A DNA stretch of 64,000 bases from Candidatus Dojkabacteria bacterium (GTDB lineage Bacteria; Patescibacteriota; Dojkabacteria; J137), in assembly GCA_030834985.1 (NCBI GenBank), contig JAUQWV010000006.1, positions 76,168 through 140,167 of the forward strand, in the 5' to 3' direction. Of this stretch, positions 23,493-34,087 are shown one piece after another. The notes below the pieces were generated by a model. The model was not told the DNA's origin, did not search any database, and saw only the letters and a program-made list of their open reading frames with translations. Position 1 is the stretch's first letter; each line of letters opens with the position of its first letter. The translations under genes were made by a program, and so were the position numbers.

Positions 23493-24506
23493 TTAATACT
23501 CTTCTATTCCTAGCAAATGCTCACCTCCATACTCTCTAAGGCCAATATGCGTAACCACTCTACCCTTTGGAGTTCTTTTGATTAAACCTTTTTTTATTAA
23601 AAACGGTTCGTAAACAGTTTCTATAGTATCTGGTTCTTCCGATAAAGATGCTGCTAAAGTGCTAAGACCTACCGGCCTATTATTAAAATGCTCTATTATT
23701 ATTTTCAAGATATTTCTGTCTAACATATCTAAACCGTTATCATCTATATCCAATAAACCTAATGTCTTTTGTGCAATTTCATAATCAATAACCTCTCTAC
23801 CATCTACAACTGCCATATCCCGTACTCTTTTTAATATCCTAATTGCAATTCTGGCCGTCATTCTAGCTCTTCTTGCGATTTCTAAAGCAGCTGGTTCTTC
23901 GATGTTAACATTCAACATCCTAGACTTCTGAAGAACCAGCTGCTGAAGCTCTTCGTCTGAATAAAAATCTAATCTAAAACTCATTCCAAATCGGTCACGT
24001 AAAGGACCGCTTACCATCGATAATTTGGTAGTTGCACCAATTATAGTAAACTGAGGCAATTCAAGTCTTAAAGTTCTTGCATTAGGGCCTTTTCCAATCA
24101 CAATGTCCAGCACACTATCTTCCATTGCCGGATATAAAATTTCTTCTATATTGAGTTTTAATCTATGAATTTCATCTATAAACAGTACTGAGTTATTCTC
24201 TAACGAAGTTAATATTGCAGCTAGATCACCAGGCTTATCCAGTACTGAACCATTAGTTATATGTATAGGAACTGCCATTTCTTTTGCTATGACATAGGCA
24301 AAACTTGTTTTGCCTAGTCCTGGAGGTCCGTGAAATAAAATGTGATCGAGTGCTTTACTTCTTTTTTTAGCAGAATCAATCATTATTTGAATATTTTTCT
24401 TTTCAACTTCTCGGCCAATAATTTCAGAAAGACTGCTAGGTCTTAGAGATCTTTCTAAGATCTCTTCAGATTCGTTCTTTGTATTGGGATCAGTAAAGTC
24501 TCTCAT
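23493..24506 (-). CDS. ruvB: Holliday junction branch-migration helicase RuvB
   Basis: FHGPPGLGKTSFA Walker A and FIDEIHRL. AAA+ with C-terminal winged helix. Confidence 0.95.
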   Translation of the reverse strand: MRDFTDPNTKNESEEILERSLRPSSLSEIIGREVEKKNIQIMIDSAKKRSKALDHILFHGPPGLGKTSFAYVIAKEMAVPIHITNGSVLDKPGDLAAILTSLENNSVLFIDEIHRLKLNIEEILYPAMEDSVLDIVIGKGPNARTLRLELPQFTIIGATTKLSMVSGPLRDRFGMSFRLDFYSDEELQQLVLQKSRMLNVNIEEPAALEIARRARMTARIAIRILKRVRDMAVVDGREVIDYEIAQKTLGLLDIDDNGLDMLDRNILKIIIEHFNNRPVGLSTLAASLSEEPDTIETVYEPFLIKKGLIKRTPKGRVVTHIGLREYGGEHLLGIEEY

Positions 24507-25108
24507 TAAATATTTTTAAGAATTACTTTTATTAAATCTTGTTCATTGCTAACTAATTCTAATTCTTCGTTATTCAGTTGTGAATAAACAGTTCTTACAT
24601 CAGCTTCTTTGTAACCTAACGAAGTCAATGCTGCGAGTGCATCTTTAAGAAATTTATTTATACTATTGTTATTATTTGAATCCTCTACTATGCTTTCAGA
24701 TAAGCCTTCTGAAAATTTAGCTAACTTATTCTTCAACTCAATAATAATTTTTTGAGCAGTTTTTACACCAACTCCAGAAACTTTTAAAGAATCAGCGTCA
24801 CCTGCAATAATTGCTCTAATTAGATTATCTGCACCTTTTGTTTCAATCAAAGCAAGGGCTGTTCTTGGACCAACACCAGAAACAGCAATAAGATTCTCAA
24901 ATAAACCCAAATCTTTTTTAGCTTCAAATCCCCACAAAGAGATCTCATTTTCTTTTACTACTGTAAAGATAAAAAGTGCAGCTTCTTGGTCTATTAAAAA
25001 ATTTAAGTTTGAGGGAATCACAACTCTATAACCTACACTATCAGCAGTTAAAACAATAAGTTGATTGCCTTCAATATCAATTACTTTTCCTTTGATAAAG
25101 CCTATCAT
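24506..25108 (-). CDS. ruvA: Holliday junction DNA-binding protein RuvA
   Basis: MIGFIKGKV N-terminus. HhH pair GVGPRTA / GVGVKTAQKII. Confidence 0.85.
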   Translation of the reverse strand: MIGFIKGKVIDIEGNQLIVLTADSVGYRVVIPSNLNFLIDQEAALFIFTVVKENEISLWGFEAKKDLGLFENLIAVSGVGPRTALALIETKGADNLIRAIIAGDADSLKVSGVGVKTAQKIIIELKNKLAKFSEGLSESIVEDSNNNNSINKFLKDALAALTSLGYKEADVRTVYSQLNNEELELVSNEQDLIKVILKNI

Positions 25109-25605
25109 ATACTTTTAAGTTGAGTTGGTCTGATTGAGTTAATATGACAATAAGAAACAGCAATTGCATCGGCTATATCATCAGGTTTTGGAATTTCTTT
25201 AAGGCCGAAAATCATCTTAACCATTTGCTGAATTTGCCTCTTTTCTGCCCTACCGTATCCAGTAACACTTGTCTTAACTTGTAAAGGCGTATAGTCATAT
25301 ATGTTAAGATTATTCAATTGCGCTACTAACAGTATAACACCCCGTACTTGGCTCACATTTATTACTGTCTTTTGATTTTTAAAATAAAAAAGACTCTCAA
25401 TTGCAATATCGCTTGGCTTATATTCTTTAATTATTTTATCGAGACCATCAAATATCTGTCTTAACCTTAATTCAAATGGAGTTCCTGCTTCAGTTAGAAT
25501 GGCACCGTAATCAATTAAATGTATTCCGTTTGTATATTGAGGGTCTTTATCTAATATTGACCAACCATTAATTGCGAAGCCAACATCTATACCTAATACT
25601 CTCAT
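25105..25605 (-). CDS. ruvC: crossover junction endodeoxyribonuclease RuvC
   Basis: MRVLGIDVGFAINGWSILD RNase H-like N-terminus with catalytic Asp. Genes run ruvC-ruvA-ruvB. Confidence 0.9.
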   Translation of the reverse strand: MRVLGIDVGFAINGWSILDKDPQYTNGIHLIDYGAILTEAGTPFELRLRQIFDGLDKIIKEYKPSDIAIESLFYFKNQKTVINVSQVRGVILLVAQLNNLNIYDYTPLQVKTSVTGYGRAEKRQIQQMVKMIFGLKEIPKPDDIADAIAVSYCHINSIRPTQLKSI

Positions 25606-25620
25606 TAAAAGAAATTCTAA

Positions 25621-26361
25621 CTATTTAATATTATCCCACACGTATACCACATCAGAATGAGACTTAATCTTTTCAACAAGAGTAAAGTTTTGGTCTAAAG
25701 TTTTATCATCTAATTCAACTTTATCTTTTGCTTGTTTAATCAAGCCAGCTTCATTAAATTCTATATTTGGTAAGGTAGCTTTAACTTCATCTAAAACTTG
25801 CTTAAGCATCTCTTTCTTAGTAAATATTGTTATAGTATTTTCTTCTGGATCTGAATCTACATCTACTACTCCATTTATTGACATTACATTATAAAGCTGA
25901 TTATCTAAGTCAGACTGTAATGCCGATGTACTCAAAATAATTCTGCCTACTTCCTCAAACTGCCACGATAAAGATCCTTCAGGAACAAATTTTGCACCCT
26001 CTTTACCCACAATTGTCTTTAATTCGGTTAAAGTTCTATTTGGACTATCAGTTTCGCAATCAATTAAAAAAATTGCTCCACCAAAGCCACTGATTTCATA
26101 AGTTTTTTCTGAAAATCCGTCTGAAGAATGCTTACCTAACCCAGAGTTAACCGCTTTTTGAATCTTGTCAGAAGTCATATTTGCCGCTTTTGCTTTGTTT
26201 ACAGCAACACGTAAGTACGGATTAAAATTGATATCTCCACTTCCTCCAAGTTGAGTTGCAAGTAATATCTCTTTTGCTAATCTGGAAAATAGTGCACCAC
26301 GCTTAGCATCTTGAAGTCCTTTTGTTCTTTTAATGTTATTCCATTTGGAGTGTCCTGACAT
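25621..26361 (-). CDS. yebC: YebC/PmpR-family probable transcriptional regulator
   Basis: MSGHSKWNNIKRTKG hallmark N-terminus. Confidence 0.9.
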   Translation of the reverse strand: MSGHSKWNNIKRTKGLQDAKRGALFSRLAKEILLATQLGGSGDINFNPYLRVAVNKAKAANMTSDKIQKAVNSGLGKHSSDGFSEKTYEISGFGGAIFLIDCETDSPNRTLTELKTIVGKEGAKFVPEGSLSWQFEEVGRIILSTSALQSDLDNQLYNVMSINGVVDVDSDPEENTITIFTKKEMLKQVLDEVKATLPNIEFNEAGLIKQAKDKVELDDKTLDQNFTLVEKIKSHSDVVYVWDNIK

Positions 26362-26379
26362 AGTCTTTAGCTAACTTAA

Positions 26380-27690
26380 TTATTCTTTGCCGATTACTAA
26401 TATCATATCACCGGAGTAATTATATTTGTAATCGCCGAATATGATTCTAACATCATCCCGCAATATTGCTCTAACAGCCTTTATTGTATTAATAAAATTA
26501 TCTGGAGTTTTACTTGGAATGTACAATCTGTTCTCCTCTACTTTTTCAGTATAGTTTCCCGTCTTTATAACTGTGATTCCTATATTTTCAAACTTTCTTT
26601 TAAGGTTATAAGCAATTCCTGATACATTTGTTGCATTAAATATCTCTATTTGAGCCTGCTCCTTTATTATGGCAATACTAGAAAATACTTTAGATATATC
26701 TTCGTCTAATAAAATATCACTGGCAGGAATCCCTTCCTCTAAATTCGACTTAGTTAAGTCTTCCAAAGTAAGCTGTTGAGAAGCAAATCCTGTCTTTATA
26801 AATGCATTAGAACTAGCAAGATTGGCAACAAATCTTATAAATTGGTCTTTAGTAAAATCAGTACGTAAAATATCACTAAATTCTTTACCATCTAAAAAGT
26901 ATCTATAAAGTTTGTAAGTGTCCCGCAATGACTCTAAAAGCTCTTTTAAGAACATATTCTGACGCTTTAATGAGTCATCTGTAAGAATAGCTTCCTTAGC
27001 AATAAAATCATAAAGCCTACTACCGCCAATAGCCTCATCCTGAGCATAAGAATTTCCCTCGATACTATAGTTTTTATCAGCAATTACTGTAACACCTGTC
27101 TTCTCTATTAAAGTATTTAAGTCAGAATAATTAAATGCAACGTACCTATCTATTCTTATAGCGGAGATCTTTTCAATTATCGTTAATAGATCTATCATTT
27201 TTTCTTCATCTTTAGAGGTTAGAAGATTAAATACGCTTCTTAATGGGAACTTAGCACTCCCTAAATTTACTAAGTAGTTAGGATTATATGAATATAATTT
27301 AAGCTCACCTGTTTGATAATCTAAATTTACAATAGCTAACATATTTATAAAACGATAGTTATTCTTAGTGTCGTCAAAGCCAATAAATACCACGTTAATA
27401 TCTCTTGCATCACTAATAATTTGCGGGGAGTGCTCTATTCCTTCTACATCAACATAAGGAGCGACTTCAATTTGCAAATATCTGTGGATATGAAATCCAA
27501 CAATGAATATTAATAAAACAGAAAGAATAATAAGCACAGTTTTACCTTTAAAAAAGTCTCTGCCAAATGTGTTTCTACGTAGATTAATAGAAGGTCTGCT
27601 TCTACCCGATCTAAAATCTCTAATAAATTTTTTTATAGAGTTATAAAAACTTGAACGTGTAATGTTTAATGGCAATGGAGATTTATCCAT
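26380..27690 (-). CDS. LytR-CpsA-Psr (LCP)-family cell-envelope phosphotransferase-like protein
   Basis: N-terminal TM anchor. The extracytoplasmic domain has an LCP-like core (NMLAIVNLDYQTGELKLYSYNPNYLV...). Weak match by eye. Confidence 0.5.
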   Translation of the reverse strand: MDKSPLPLNITRSSFYNSIKKFIRDFRSGRSRPSINLRRNTFGRDFFKGKTVLIILSVLLIFIVGFHIHRYLQIEVAPYVDVEGIEHSPQIISDARDINVVFIGFDDTKNNYRFINMLAIVNLDYQTGELKLYSYNPNYLVNLGSAKFPLRSVFNLLTSKDEEKMIDLLTIIEKISAIRIDRYVAFNYSDLNTLIEKTGVTVIADKNYSIEGNSYAQDEAIGGSRLYDFIAKEAILTDDSLKRQNMFLKELLESLRDTYKLYRYFLDGKEFSDILRTDFTKDQFIRFVANLASSNAFIKTGFASQQLTLEDLTKSNLEEGIPASDILLDEDISKVFSSIAIIKEQAQIEIFNATNVSGIAYNLKRKFENIGITVIKTGNYTEKVEENRLYIPSKTPDNFINTIKAVRAILRDDVRIIFGDYKYNYSGDMILVIGKE

Positions 27691-27731
27691 CTATACAATA
27701 TAAAATCTCAGATAAAGCTATTATACAATTA

Positions 27732-28391
27732 TTAAGCAGTTGCGTTAGCTTTACCTTCTGATTTTGGAGCTTTCTTTGGTAATGAAAATTTAGGTTTTAT
27801 TTTACCTAATTTATTCTTTGCTTTACTTAAAGAAGCTTTTGCTACTTCTTTATGTTTTTGTAAATCAATTGATTTATGATTTGTAAGTTTTTTATCCTGT
27901 TTCTTTTCATCTTTAGGTTTCTTCTCTACCGACTTCACTTCAATAATCTCTTTTTTCTCTTCAACTTTTAATTCGTCTTTATTAGATTTCCATGCCACAT
28001 CAATTGCCATATCTGAATTAGATTGAGTTTCAGTTTTTGCTATCTTTAACTCTAAACTCAACTGAACATTTCCATCCTGCCCAATAAAATTTACTACAGG
28101 AACATTAACTCCAGCTCTTGAAGAGTTATCTTCATGGTAAAAAAGATAATCATCATTATCTGGTCTAACAATCAAGTAAAAGACAAGCGATGGAAAGTTA
28201 AATATTAGCACTACTAAAAAGAAAATTATTGCAATTACAGTATTGTTATAACGTTTTTTGGCATCAACATATACCCAAAAGCTGAACATAAACCATAACA
28301 ATCCTAAATATACTAAAACGATTGTTAAGATTGTAGGAAAGTCATTTCCACTTCCAATGATTTTTGCAATAAAATCTATCATAGACAGCAT
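27732..28391 (-). CDS. hypothetical membrane protein with Lys-rich C-terminal tail
   Basis: Two to three TM helices, then a KKxK-rich low-complexity tail. Confidence 0.4.
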   Translation of the reverse strand: MLSMIDFIAKIIGSGNDFPTILTIVLVYLGLLWFMFSFWVYVDAKKRYNNTVIAIIFFLVVLIFNFPSLVFYLIVRPDNDDYLFYHEDNSSRAGVNVPVVNFIGQDGNVQLSLELKIAKTETQSNSDMAIDVAWKSNKDELKVEEKKEIIEVKSVEKKPKDEKKQDKKLTNHKSIDLQKHKEVAKASLSKAKNKLGKIKPKFSLPKKAPKSEGKANATA

Positions 28392-28408
28392 TTATAAACA
28401 TAAATAAA

Positions 28409-28494
28409 TACCGAGAGAGGGACTCGAACCCTCACACCGTTGCCGGCACCAGATTTTGAGTCTGACGTGTCTACCAATTCCACCATCTCGGCTT
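28409..28494 (-). tRNA. tRNA-Leu (anticodon CAA), long variable arm
   Basis: Reverse complement reads GCCGAGATGGTGGAATTGGTAGACAC...CTCAAAA (anticodon loop)...GGGTTCGAGTCCCTCTCTCGG. The D-arm is typical of Leu. Confidence 0.8.
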
Positions 28495-28528
28495 AAACTG
28501 CTGAATTATAACAAATTTAGCCAAAAAT

Positions 28529-29860
28529 TTAATCCGACCAGTCTTCAAATCTGGTTTGTCTAGGAACAAATTTCACCTTTACTGTGCCAATAGGTCCGTT
28601 TCTATGTTTAGCAACAGTAACACTCACATCTATCTTTTTATTCTCGTCATTTGTTTCTTCTATAGAATCGGTAGCTGCCATGTCCCTACTCAAAAACATT
28701 ACTAAGTCAGCATCTTGTTCAATAGAACCGGACTCTCTTAAGTCAGAAAGTTGAGGTATTCTGTCTCCGCGAACTTCAACTGATCTGTTTAGCTGCGATA
28801 GCGCCATTATCGGAATTTGAAGTTCGCGGGCTAAGATTTTAAGTGATCTGGATATTTCTCCAACTTCTTGTGCTCTGTTGTCTCTATCCTTAGCATGGCC
28901 TTGCATAAGCTGAAGATAGTCAATCAGAACAAAATCAAGGCCATGCTCAAGCTTTAGCCTTCGAATTTTGCTTCTTAACTGCATAATATTAATTCCGGCT
29001 GTATCATCAACAAAAATCTTTGCATTAGATATTTCAGAGATTCCTTCGTTATATTTATTATAGTCTTTAATGTTTCCCATTCTAATATCCCATAAATCCA
29101 TTTTTACCTGTTGAGCCATAACCCTTTCGATAACCTGAACATTAGGCATTTCTAAAGAAAAGATTGCCACTGTTTTTTTTACATTGATAGCTATATGTCT
29201 TGCGATATCAAAACTAAATGCACTTTTACCTACCGATGGACGAGCTGCTAAGATAATTAAATCTGATTTGTGGAGGCCTCCCAAATGCTTATCGAGATCT
29301 TTCAGTCCTGTTGGGAGGCCTCTTAAAGCACCAGGATTCTTTGCATATTCATCTGCTTTTGCCATCTGCAACTCTAAAAGCTCTGCTGCACCAAAAAAAT
29401 CACTTCGTGAGTTATCCTGCGAAATAGAAAAGACATCCTTTTCTAATTCATCTAAAACATTTTCTATTGGTTCATCTTCCTTTCTGGCAAGTTCATCAAA
29501 CTTAGAAGAATAAGATATTAATAATCTTCTAATTGCATTCTCTTTAACAATATTCGCATATTCAATTACATTAGCCGAAGTAGGTACTATACTTATTAGT
29601 TCACTTAAATACTCTGCTCCACCAGCTTCTTTAATTTTTTTATTCTTTTTTAATTCTGTAGTAAGTGTTAAAAAGTCAATCGGCTTGCTGGCAGCATACA
29701 GGTTCATTATATTTGTAAAGATTACCTGATGCTTTGGATCATAAAAGAAGTCAGGCCTAATAATATCGGCAACTTTGTTAAAGGCATCGTTATCTATAAG
29801 CACAGAACCTATAACTGCTTTTTCAGCTTCAATATTATTTGGAGGTATTTTTAAACTCAT
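28529..29860 (-). CDS. dnaB: replicative DNA helicase DnaB
   Basis: AARPSVGKSAF Walker A. RecA-like C-terminal domain and N-terminal DnaB helical domain. 443 aa. Confidence 0.9.
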   Translation of the reverse strand: MSLKIPPNNIEAEKAVIGSVLIDNDAFNKVADIIRPDFFYDPKHQVIFTNIMNLYAASKPIDFLTLTTELKKNKKIKEAGGAEYLSELISIVPTSANVIEYANIVKENAIRRLLISYSSKFDELARKEDEPIENVLDELEKDVFSISQDNSRSDFFGAAELLELQMAKADEYAKNPGALRGLPTGLKDLDKHLGGLHKSDLIILAARPSVGKSAFSFDIARHIAINVKKTVAIFSLEMPNVQVIERVMAQQVKMDLWDIRMGNIKDYNKYNEGISEISNAKIFVDDTAGINIMQLRSKIRRLKLEHGLDFVLIDYLQLMQGHAKDRDNRAQEVGEISRSLKILARELQIPIMALSQLNRSVEVRGDRIPQLSDLRESGSIEQDADLVMFLSRDMAATDSIEETNDENKKIDVSVTVAKHRNGPIGTVKVKFVPRQTRFEDWSD

Positions 29861-29881
29861 TTTATGCTTTTGTTACTCAAG

Positions 29882-30391
29882 CTATTTTAATAGCAATTGT
29901 CTTAAAACTATATTTTCTCCTCGTGGGAAGTCACTTTCTTTAACTTTTAGACTTTTTTCTTCTACAAGATTCGGCATATTGTACTCTTTTTGAAGTTCGT
30001 CTAATTTTTTAGGACCAAAAAAAAGTAAATATTGTGGTTCAAAATATGTGATTAGCTTCCTAACTGACTCAACATTAATCTCTGAGTTTACAGCAAGAAT
30101 GTCTATATTAGCTATGTCTTTAAGAGAATCTTTTTCAGATGCTTTTTCATCAAATATAATGCCTACATCAATACCATCAGCACTTACTGATACAAAATTA
30201 GCTTTGCCTTGATAGTCAGGAGTTGGAACTTCAAGGGCAATTATATTTACATTATTAATTTCATATTCACCTGGTTGATTAACTACAGATGAACCGATCT
30301 CTACTCTTATCCCACCCTCCGATAGAACCTTAACTGATTCATTTGCTGTTTCGATAGAAATCTCTTTTGCTGAGGCCTTTTTGATAGTCAT
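29882..30391 (-). CDS. hypothetical protein
   Basis: 169-aa ORF in operon position after dnaB. No recognised motif. Confidence 0.4.
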   Translation of the reverse strand: MTIKKASAKEISIETANESVKVLSEGGIRVEIGSSVVNQPGEYEINNVNIIALEVPTPDYQGKANFVSVSADGIDVGIIFDEKASEKDSLKDIANIDILAVNSEINVESVRKLITYFEPQYLLFFGPKKLDELQKEYNMPNLVEEKSLKVKESDFPRGENIVLRQLLLK

Positions 30392-30479
30392 AATCTGCTT
30401 AAAATAATATAAAATAGCTTTACTTAAGAGGACTTAATAGGTATAATTTTAGCACTAAATTTCTGAATTAATAAAGGAT

Positions 30480-30788
30480 ATGAGAAAGAATACCCATCCA
30501 GATTATCACGAAACAGTTATTATTTGTAATACCTGTAAAACTGAATACAAATTAGGAACTAGTGTAGATGGCGTTAGAGTTGAACTATGTGCTAACTGCC
30601 ACCCTTTTTATACTGGCAAAGAGATGCTTGTAGACACTGATAACTTGGTTGATAAATTTAACAAAAAATTAAGTGCAGTTAAACCAGTAGGTACTTTAGT
30701 TTCTAAAAAACAAAAAAGATTAGAAAAAAAGAAGAGCTCTACTTCTCAAGCATTAACCCTAAAGGACATGCTTGCTCAGATTAAGTAA
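30480..30788 (+). CDS. rpmE: 50S ribosomal protein L31 (Zn-ribbon type) with C-terminal Lys-rich extension
   Basis: MRKNTHPDYHETVIICNTC...CANCHPFYTGK. Confidence 0.9.
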   Translation: MRKNTHPDYHETVIICNTCKTEYKLGTSVDGVRVELCANCHPFYTGKEMLVDTDNLVDKFNKKLSAVKPVGTLVSKKQKRLEKKKSSTSQALTLKDMLAQIK

Positions 30789-30812
30789 GAAACTAAATTT
30801 ACATATAAACCT

Positions 30813-30850
30813 AAATCCCTTATATTAACGAATATAGGGGATTTTTTATT
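30813..30850 (+). terminator. intrinsic terminator after rpmE
   Basis: AAATCCCTTATATT aacg AATATAGGGGATTT followed by TTTTATT. Confidence 0.7.
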
Positions 30851-30853
30851 AAT

Positions 30854-31960
30854 ATGGACCAAACAGAAATCGATAACCTTCTTAAGCAGGTAGATTTAAA
30901 TAAAATTACTAGTGAAATACACGCTTTCGAAAATCAAACAGATACAGATTACTCTTCTAAAGACTATATTGATTCCTTAAAAAAATATAATAAAAATCTT
31001 GAGATTAAAGATCTTCATAACCAAATTTTATCAATATTAAGTAACTTAAAAGATACTAAAGAACTGGCTCAGGATGAGGCTCTTAAAGAGCAAGCAGACA
31101 ATGAGATAGCTTTATTAGAAGAAAACCTAGCTAATTTATACACTAAGTTAGAGTTACTATTAATTGAACCTTTAGAAAATGATGATAAAAAGGCTTTATT
31201 TGAGATTAGACCTGGAGTTGGAGGAGTTGAGGCTGCTTTATTTGCAAATGACCTGCTAGAGATGTACCAAAAATACTGTCTTAAAAATAATTTAAAAATT
31301 GAAGTTTATTCAATCGATTACAATTTAGAAGGCGGTATTAACGAAGCAGTTTTTTTAGTTGATTCAGAAAATAGCTACTCTACTTTCAGATTTGAATCAG
31401 GCGTTCATAGAGTGCAGAGAGTGCCCAAAACAGAGACTTTAGGACGAATACATACTTCCACAGCTTCTGTGGTGGTAATGCCTGAAATAGACCTAAATAC
31501 GGCCGAAATTAGCCCCAATGATTTGCGTATCGACGTCTATCGTTCAAGTGGCCCAGGAGGACAATCTGTCAATACTACAGACTCTGCTGTAAGGATTACT
31601 CATATCCCAACAAAAATTACTGTGACAAGTCAAGCAAGTAAATCACAACACAAAAATAAAGAGATGGCTATGAAGATATTAGCTAGTAGATTATACGAGC
31701 TTGAATCAGAAAAGATTAGCTCCCAGGTTAACACATTACGAGCTGAGTCAATAATGGGAGGCAAGCGTTCTTCTAAAATAAGAACATATAACTTCCCTCA
31801 AGGACGAATCACCGACCATAGAGTCGGTAAAAGCTGGTTTAACATCGAAGAAGTAGTATATGAGGGTGCCCTAGATGATATTCTTGAAATCACTAATCAG
31901 ATTATTAGAACTGGGAAATCTGATAGTACAGAAAATGACGGTGAAGAAGAACTTAAATAA
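30854..31960 (+). CDS. prfA: peptide chain release factor 1
   Basis: SGPGGQSVNTTDSAVRITHIPT GGQ motif. Tripeptide region RVQRVPKTETLGRIHTS is RF1-like, with PKT in place of PAT. Confidence 0.85.
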   Translation: MDQTEIDNLLKQVDLNKITSEIHAFENQTDTDYSSKDYIDSLKKYNKNLEIKDLHNQILSILSNLKDTKELAQDEALKEQADNEIALLEENLANLYTKLELLLIEPLENDDKKALFEIRPGVGGVEAALFANDLLEMYQKYCLKNNLKIEVYSIDYNLEGGINEAVFLVDSENSYSTFRFESGVHRVQRVPKTETLGRIHTSTASVVVMPEIDLNTAEISPNDLRIDVYRSSGPGGQSVNTTDSAVRITHIPTKITVTSQASKSQHKNKEMAMKILASRLYELESEKISSQVNTLRAESIMGGKRSSKIRTYNFPQGRITDHRVGKSWFNIEEVVYEGALDDILEITNQIIRTGKSDSTENDGEEELK

Positions 31961-31961
31961 A

Positions 31962-33224
31962 TTAGCTATTTCTTAAAACTTCTTTTGCTTTTTCTAATTG
32001 AGGATCAACTGCACGCTTAGCGTCGTCTTCTGTAAATTCTACTTCGAAGTCAGGGGTTACAGGATTTTCTGGATTGATGTTTCTACCGGATGGAGTTAAC
32101 CATTGCTGAAATACTAAAATCAACATACTATTGTCATCTAATGTCATAACTTGCTGCTCTACTCCTTTACCTACTGTCTTTTTACCAACAACTTTTGCTC
32201 TGTTGTTATCCTGAAAAGACGATGCAAGAATTTCGGATGCAGAAGCACTTCCTTCGTTAACTAACACCACAACTGGAACATTCTCAAACTTTCCTACTCT
32301 TGCATCAGTGTAATCATTTTTAGGCTTATTTTTTTGCTGTTCAGACATAACAATTTGACCATTTGATAAGAATTCTTCAAGTACATACCTAACAGAATAC
32401 ACATAGCCGCCAGGATTATTTCGTAAATCAAGTACTAATCCTTTTAAGTCTGGCTTCGCAGCTACCTCATTAACTATTTGGTCCCATTTTCGATTAAAGT
32501 CCTCTGTAGTTTTATCTAAGAATTGATAAATATTAATCTTATAAAGTCCATCCCCTACACTTCTGTAATCAATATTATCAAGCTCAATTTTTTGTCTTGT
32601 TACTGTATATTCAAAAAAGCCTTCAGTTGTATCTTTTCTAAATACTTTAACCTTAACTTCTGTACCACTTGGTCCACGCACTTTATTTGCAACAGCAGTA
32701 GGCAGCTGTCCAGTTACATCCTCGCCATCTACCTCTGCAATAATATCGCCTGTTTTAAGTCCTGCTTTTTGCGCTGGATAATTAGTCAAAACCGTTTCTA
32801 CTTCTGTATTTTCACCGTTAAACTTTAATGTAACTCCAATTCCTTCTATATTCGGATTTCTGGAATCTAAATAATCGCTTGCTTCTTCAGGTGTTAAAAA
32901 AGAATTATACTCATTACCTATTGCACCTAAAATGCCTTTTATAGCACCGTAAGTTAATTCTCTTTCACTAGGAATATCGCCGATGTAATTTTGCTCTATA
33001 ACTTTACTGACCTCGCTGAAAAACTCTTCATCTAAATCAGATGGAATTGCAGAAGTATTAGTTCCAAGCTGATTACCATTTTGATATGTAGGTAATGCAG
33101 AATTGCTGAACAATACACCTACACCAATTCCTAAAATCAATGCTAAAAAAACTAGGTAAGGAGTTGAATGGCTATTTATTTTAGGTGTATTTGAGTTAGT
33201 TTCCATCTCACTATTATAAATCAA
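31962..33224 (-). CDS. ctpA: carboxy-terminal processing peptidase (S41) with PDZ domain
   Basis: PDZ GDIIAEVDGEDV. S41 catalytic region VVLVNEGSASASEILA. N-terminal TM anchor. Confidence 0.85.
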   Translation of the reverse strand: MIYNSEMETNSNTPKINSHSTPYLVFLALILGIGVGVLFSNSALPTYQNGNQLGTNTSAIPSDLDEEFFSEVSKVIEQNYIGDIPSERELTYGAIKGILGAIGNEYNSFLTPEEASDYLDSRNPNIEGIGVTLKFNGENTEVETVLTNYPAQKAGLKTGDIIAEVDGEDVTGQLPTAVANKVRGPSGTEVKVKVFRKDTTEGFFEYTVTRQKIELDNIDYRSVGDGLYKINIYQFLDKTTEDFNRKWDQIVNEVAAKPDLKGLVLDLRNNPGGYVYSVRYVLEEFLSNGQIVMSEQQKNKPKNDYTDARVGKFENVPVVVLVNEGSASASEILASSFQDNNRAKVVGKKTVGKGVEQQVMTLDDNSMLILVFQQWLTPSGRNINPENPVTPDFEVEFTEDDAKRAVDPQLEKAKEVLRNS

Positions 33225-33244
33225 AATGTTTTAAAGACAATAAG

Positions 33245-33271
33245 AAAGCCCTCCGATTATCGGAGGGCTTT
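33245..33271 (-). terminator. hairpin between rpsR and ctpA (terminator/attenuator of the rpsF-ssb-rpsR operon)
   Basis: AAAGCCCTCCGA tta TCGGAGGGCTTT perfect 12-bp stem. Confidence 0.6.
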
Positions 33272-33293
33272 AAATTACTTTTTATTAGGCCTT

Positions 33294-33542
33294 TTACACG
33301 TATTGAGTATACGGCAATAGTGCAATATACCTTGCTCTTTTAATCGATAAAGAAAGCTTTCTTTGGCATTTAGGAGAAACTCCTGTTTTTTCTGGATGTA
33401 AAATTCTACCTCTAGTTGTAATGAATTTCTTTAAAGTCTGAATATCTTTGTAATCAATCTTTGAAGGGTCGTTATTAAATGGATCTGATAACTTCTGAGG
33501 TTTAATTATTCTTTTCTGTTTTTTCTTCTTAAAATTTGCCAT
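33294..33542 (-). CDS. rpsR: 30S ribosomal protein S18
   Basis: [40 protein letters not shown]. Confidence 0.9.
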   Translation of the reverse strand: MANFKKKKQKRIIKPQKLSDPFNNDPSKIDYKDIQTLKKFITTRGRILHPEKTGVSPKCQRKLSLSIKRARYIALLPYTQYV

Positions 33543-33566
33543 ACCTTAAATTTATGTCTAAATTAA

Positions 33567-34058
33567 TTAAAATAAATCTTCACTTTTAAATTCATCATCA
33601 TTATTAGCAACTGGTGTAGTGTTTCTTTCAGAAGCATCAATATCTTCTTCAGAAACTTCTCTTGAAGGAAGCGATTTACCAGCTTCAACAGCAGCATCAA
33701 CTCCAATTCCTTTTTTCCCTTTGCTGTCAATTAAGATCATATCATTTAACTTAATTTCAGTTCTATAAATCTTTTTGCCGTCTGTTCCTTCTGTTACTCG
33801 AGTTCTTAGTTCACCTTCAACATAAACAAGCATTCCAATACTCAAAACCATAGCGCAAATCTCTGCTAGTTTGTTAAAAGCAATTAGATTATGATACTCT
33901 GCTTTTTCTTTCATATTGCCAGATTTATCTTTCCAGCTAGTATTTGTAGCAATACCAAAAGAGCAAACAGTTACATTATTAGAAGTTTCTCTAATAACTG
34001 GATTTCTAGTCAAATTTCCTATCAGCATTACCTTATTTAACGATCTTGCTTTTGACAT
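33567..34058 (-). CDS. ssb: single-stranded DNA-binding protein
   Basis: NKVMLIGNLTRNPVIRETSNNVTVCSFGIATN OB-fold. Acidic C-terminus DDEFKSEDLF. Confidence 0.85.
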   Translation of the reverse strand: MSKARSLNKVMLIGNLTRNPVIRETSNNVTVCSFGIATNTSWKDKSGNMKEKAEYHNLIAFNKLAEICAMVLSIGMLVYVEGELRTRVTEGTDGKKIYRTEIKLNDMILIDSKGKKGIGVDAAVEAGKSLPSREVSEEDIDASERNTTPVANNDDEFKSEDLF

Positions 34059-34087
34059 ATGTTTTCAGTAATAAATAAAAACTAAAA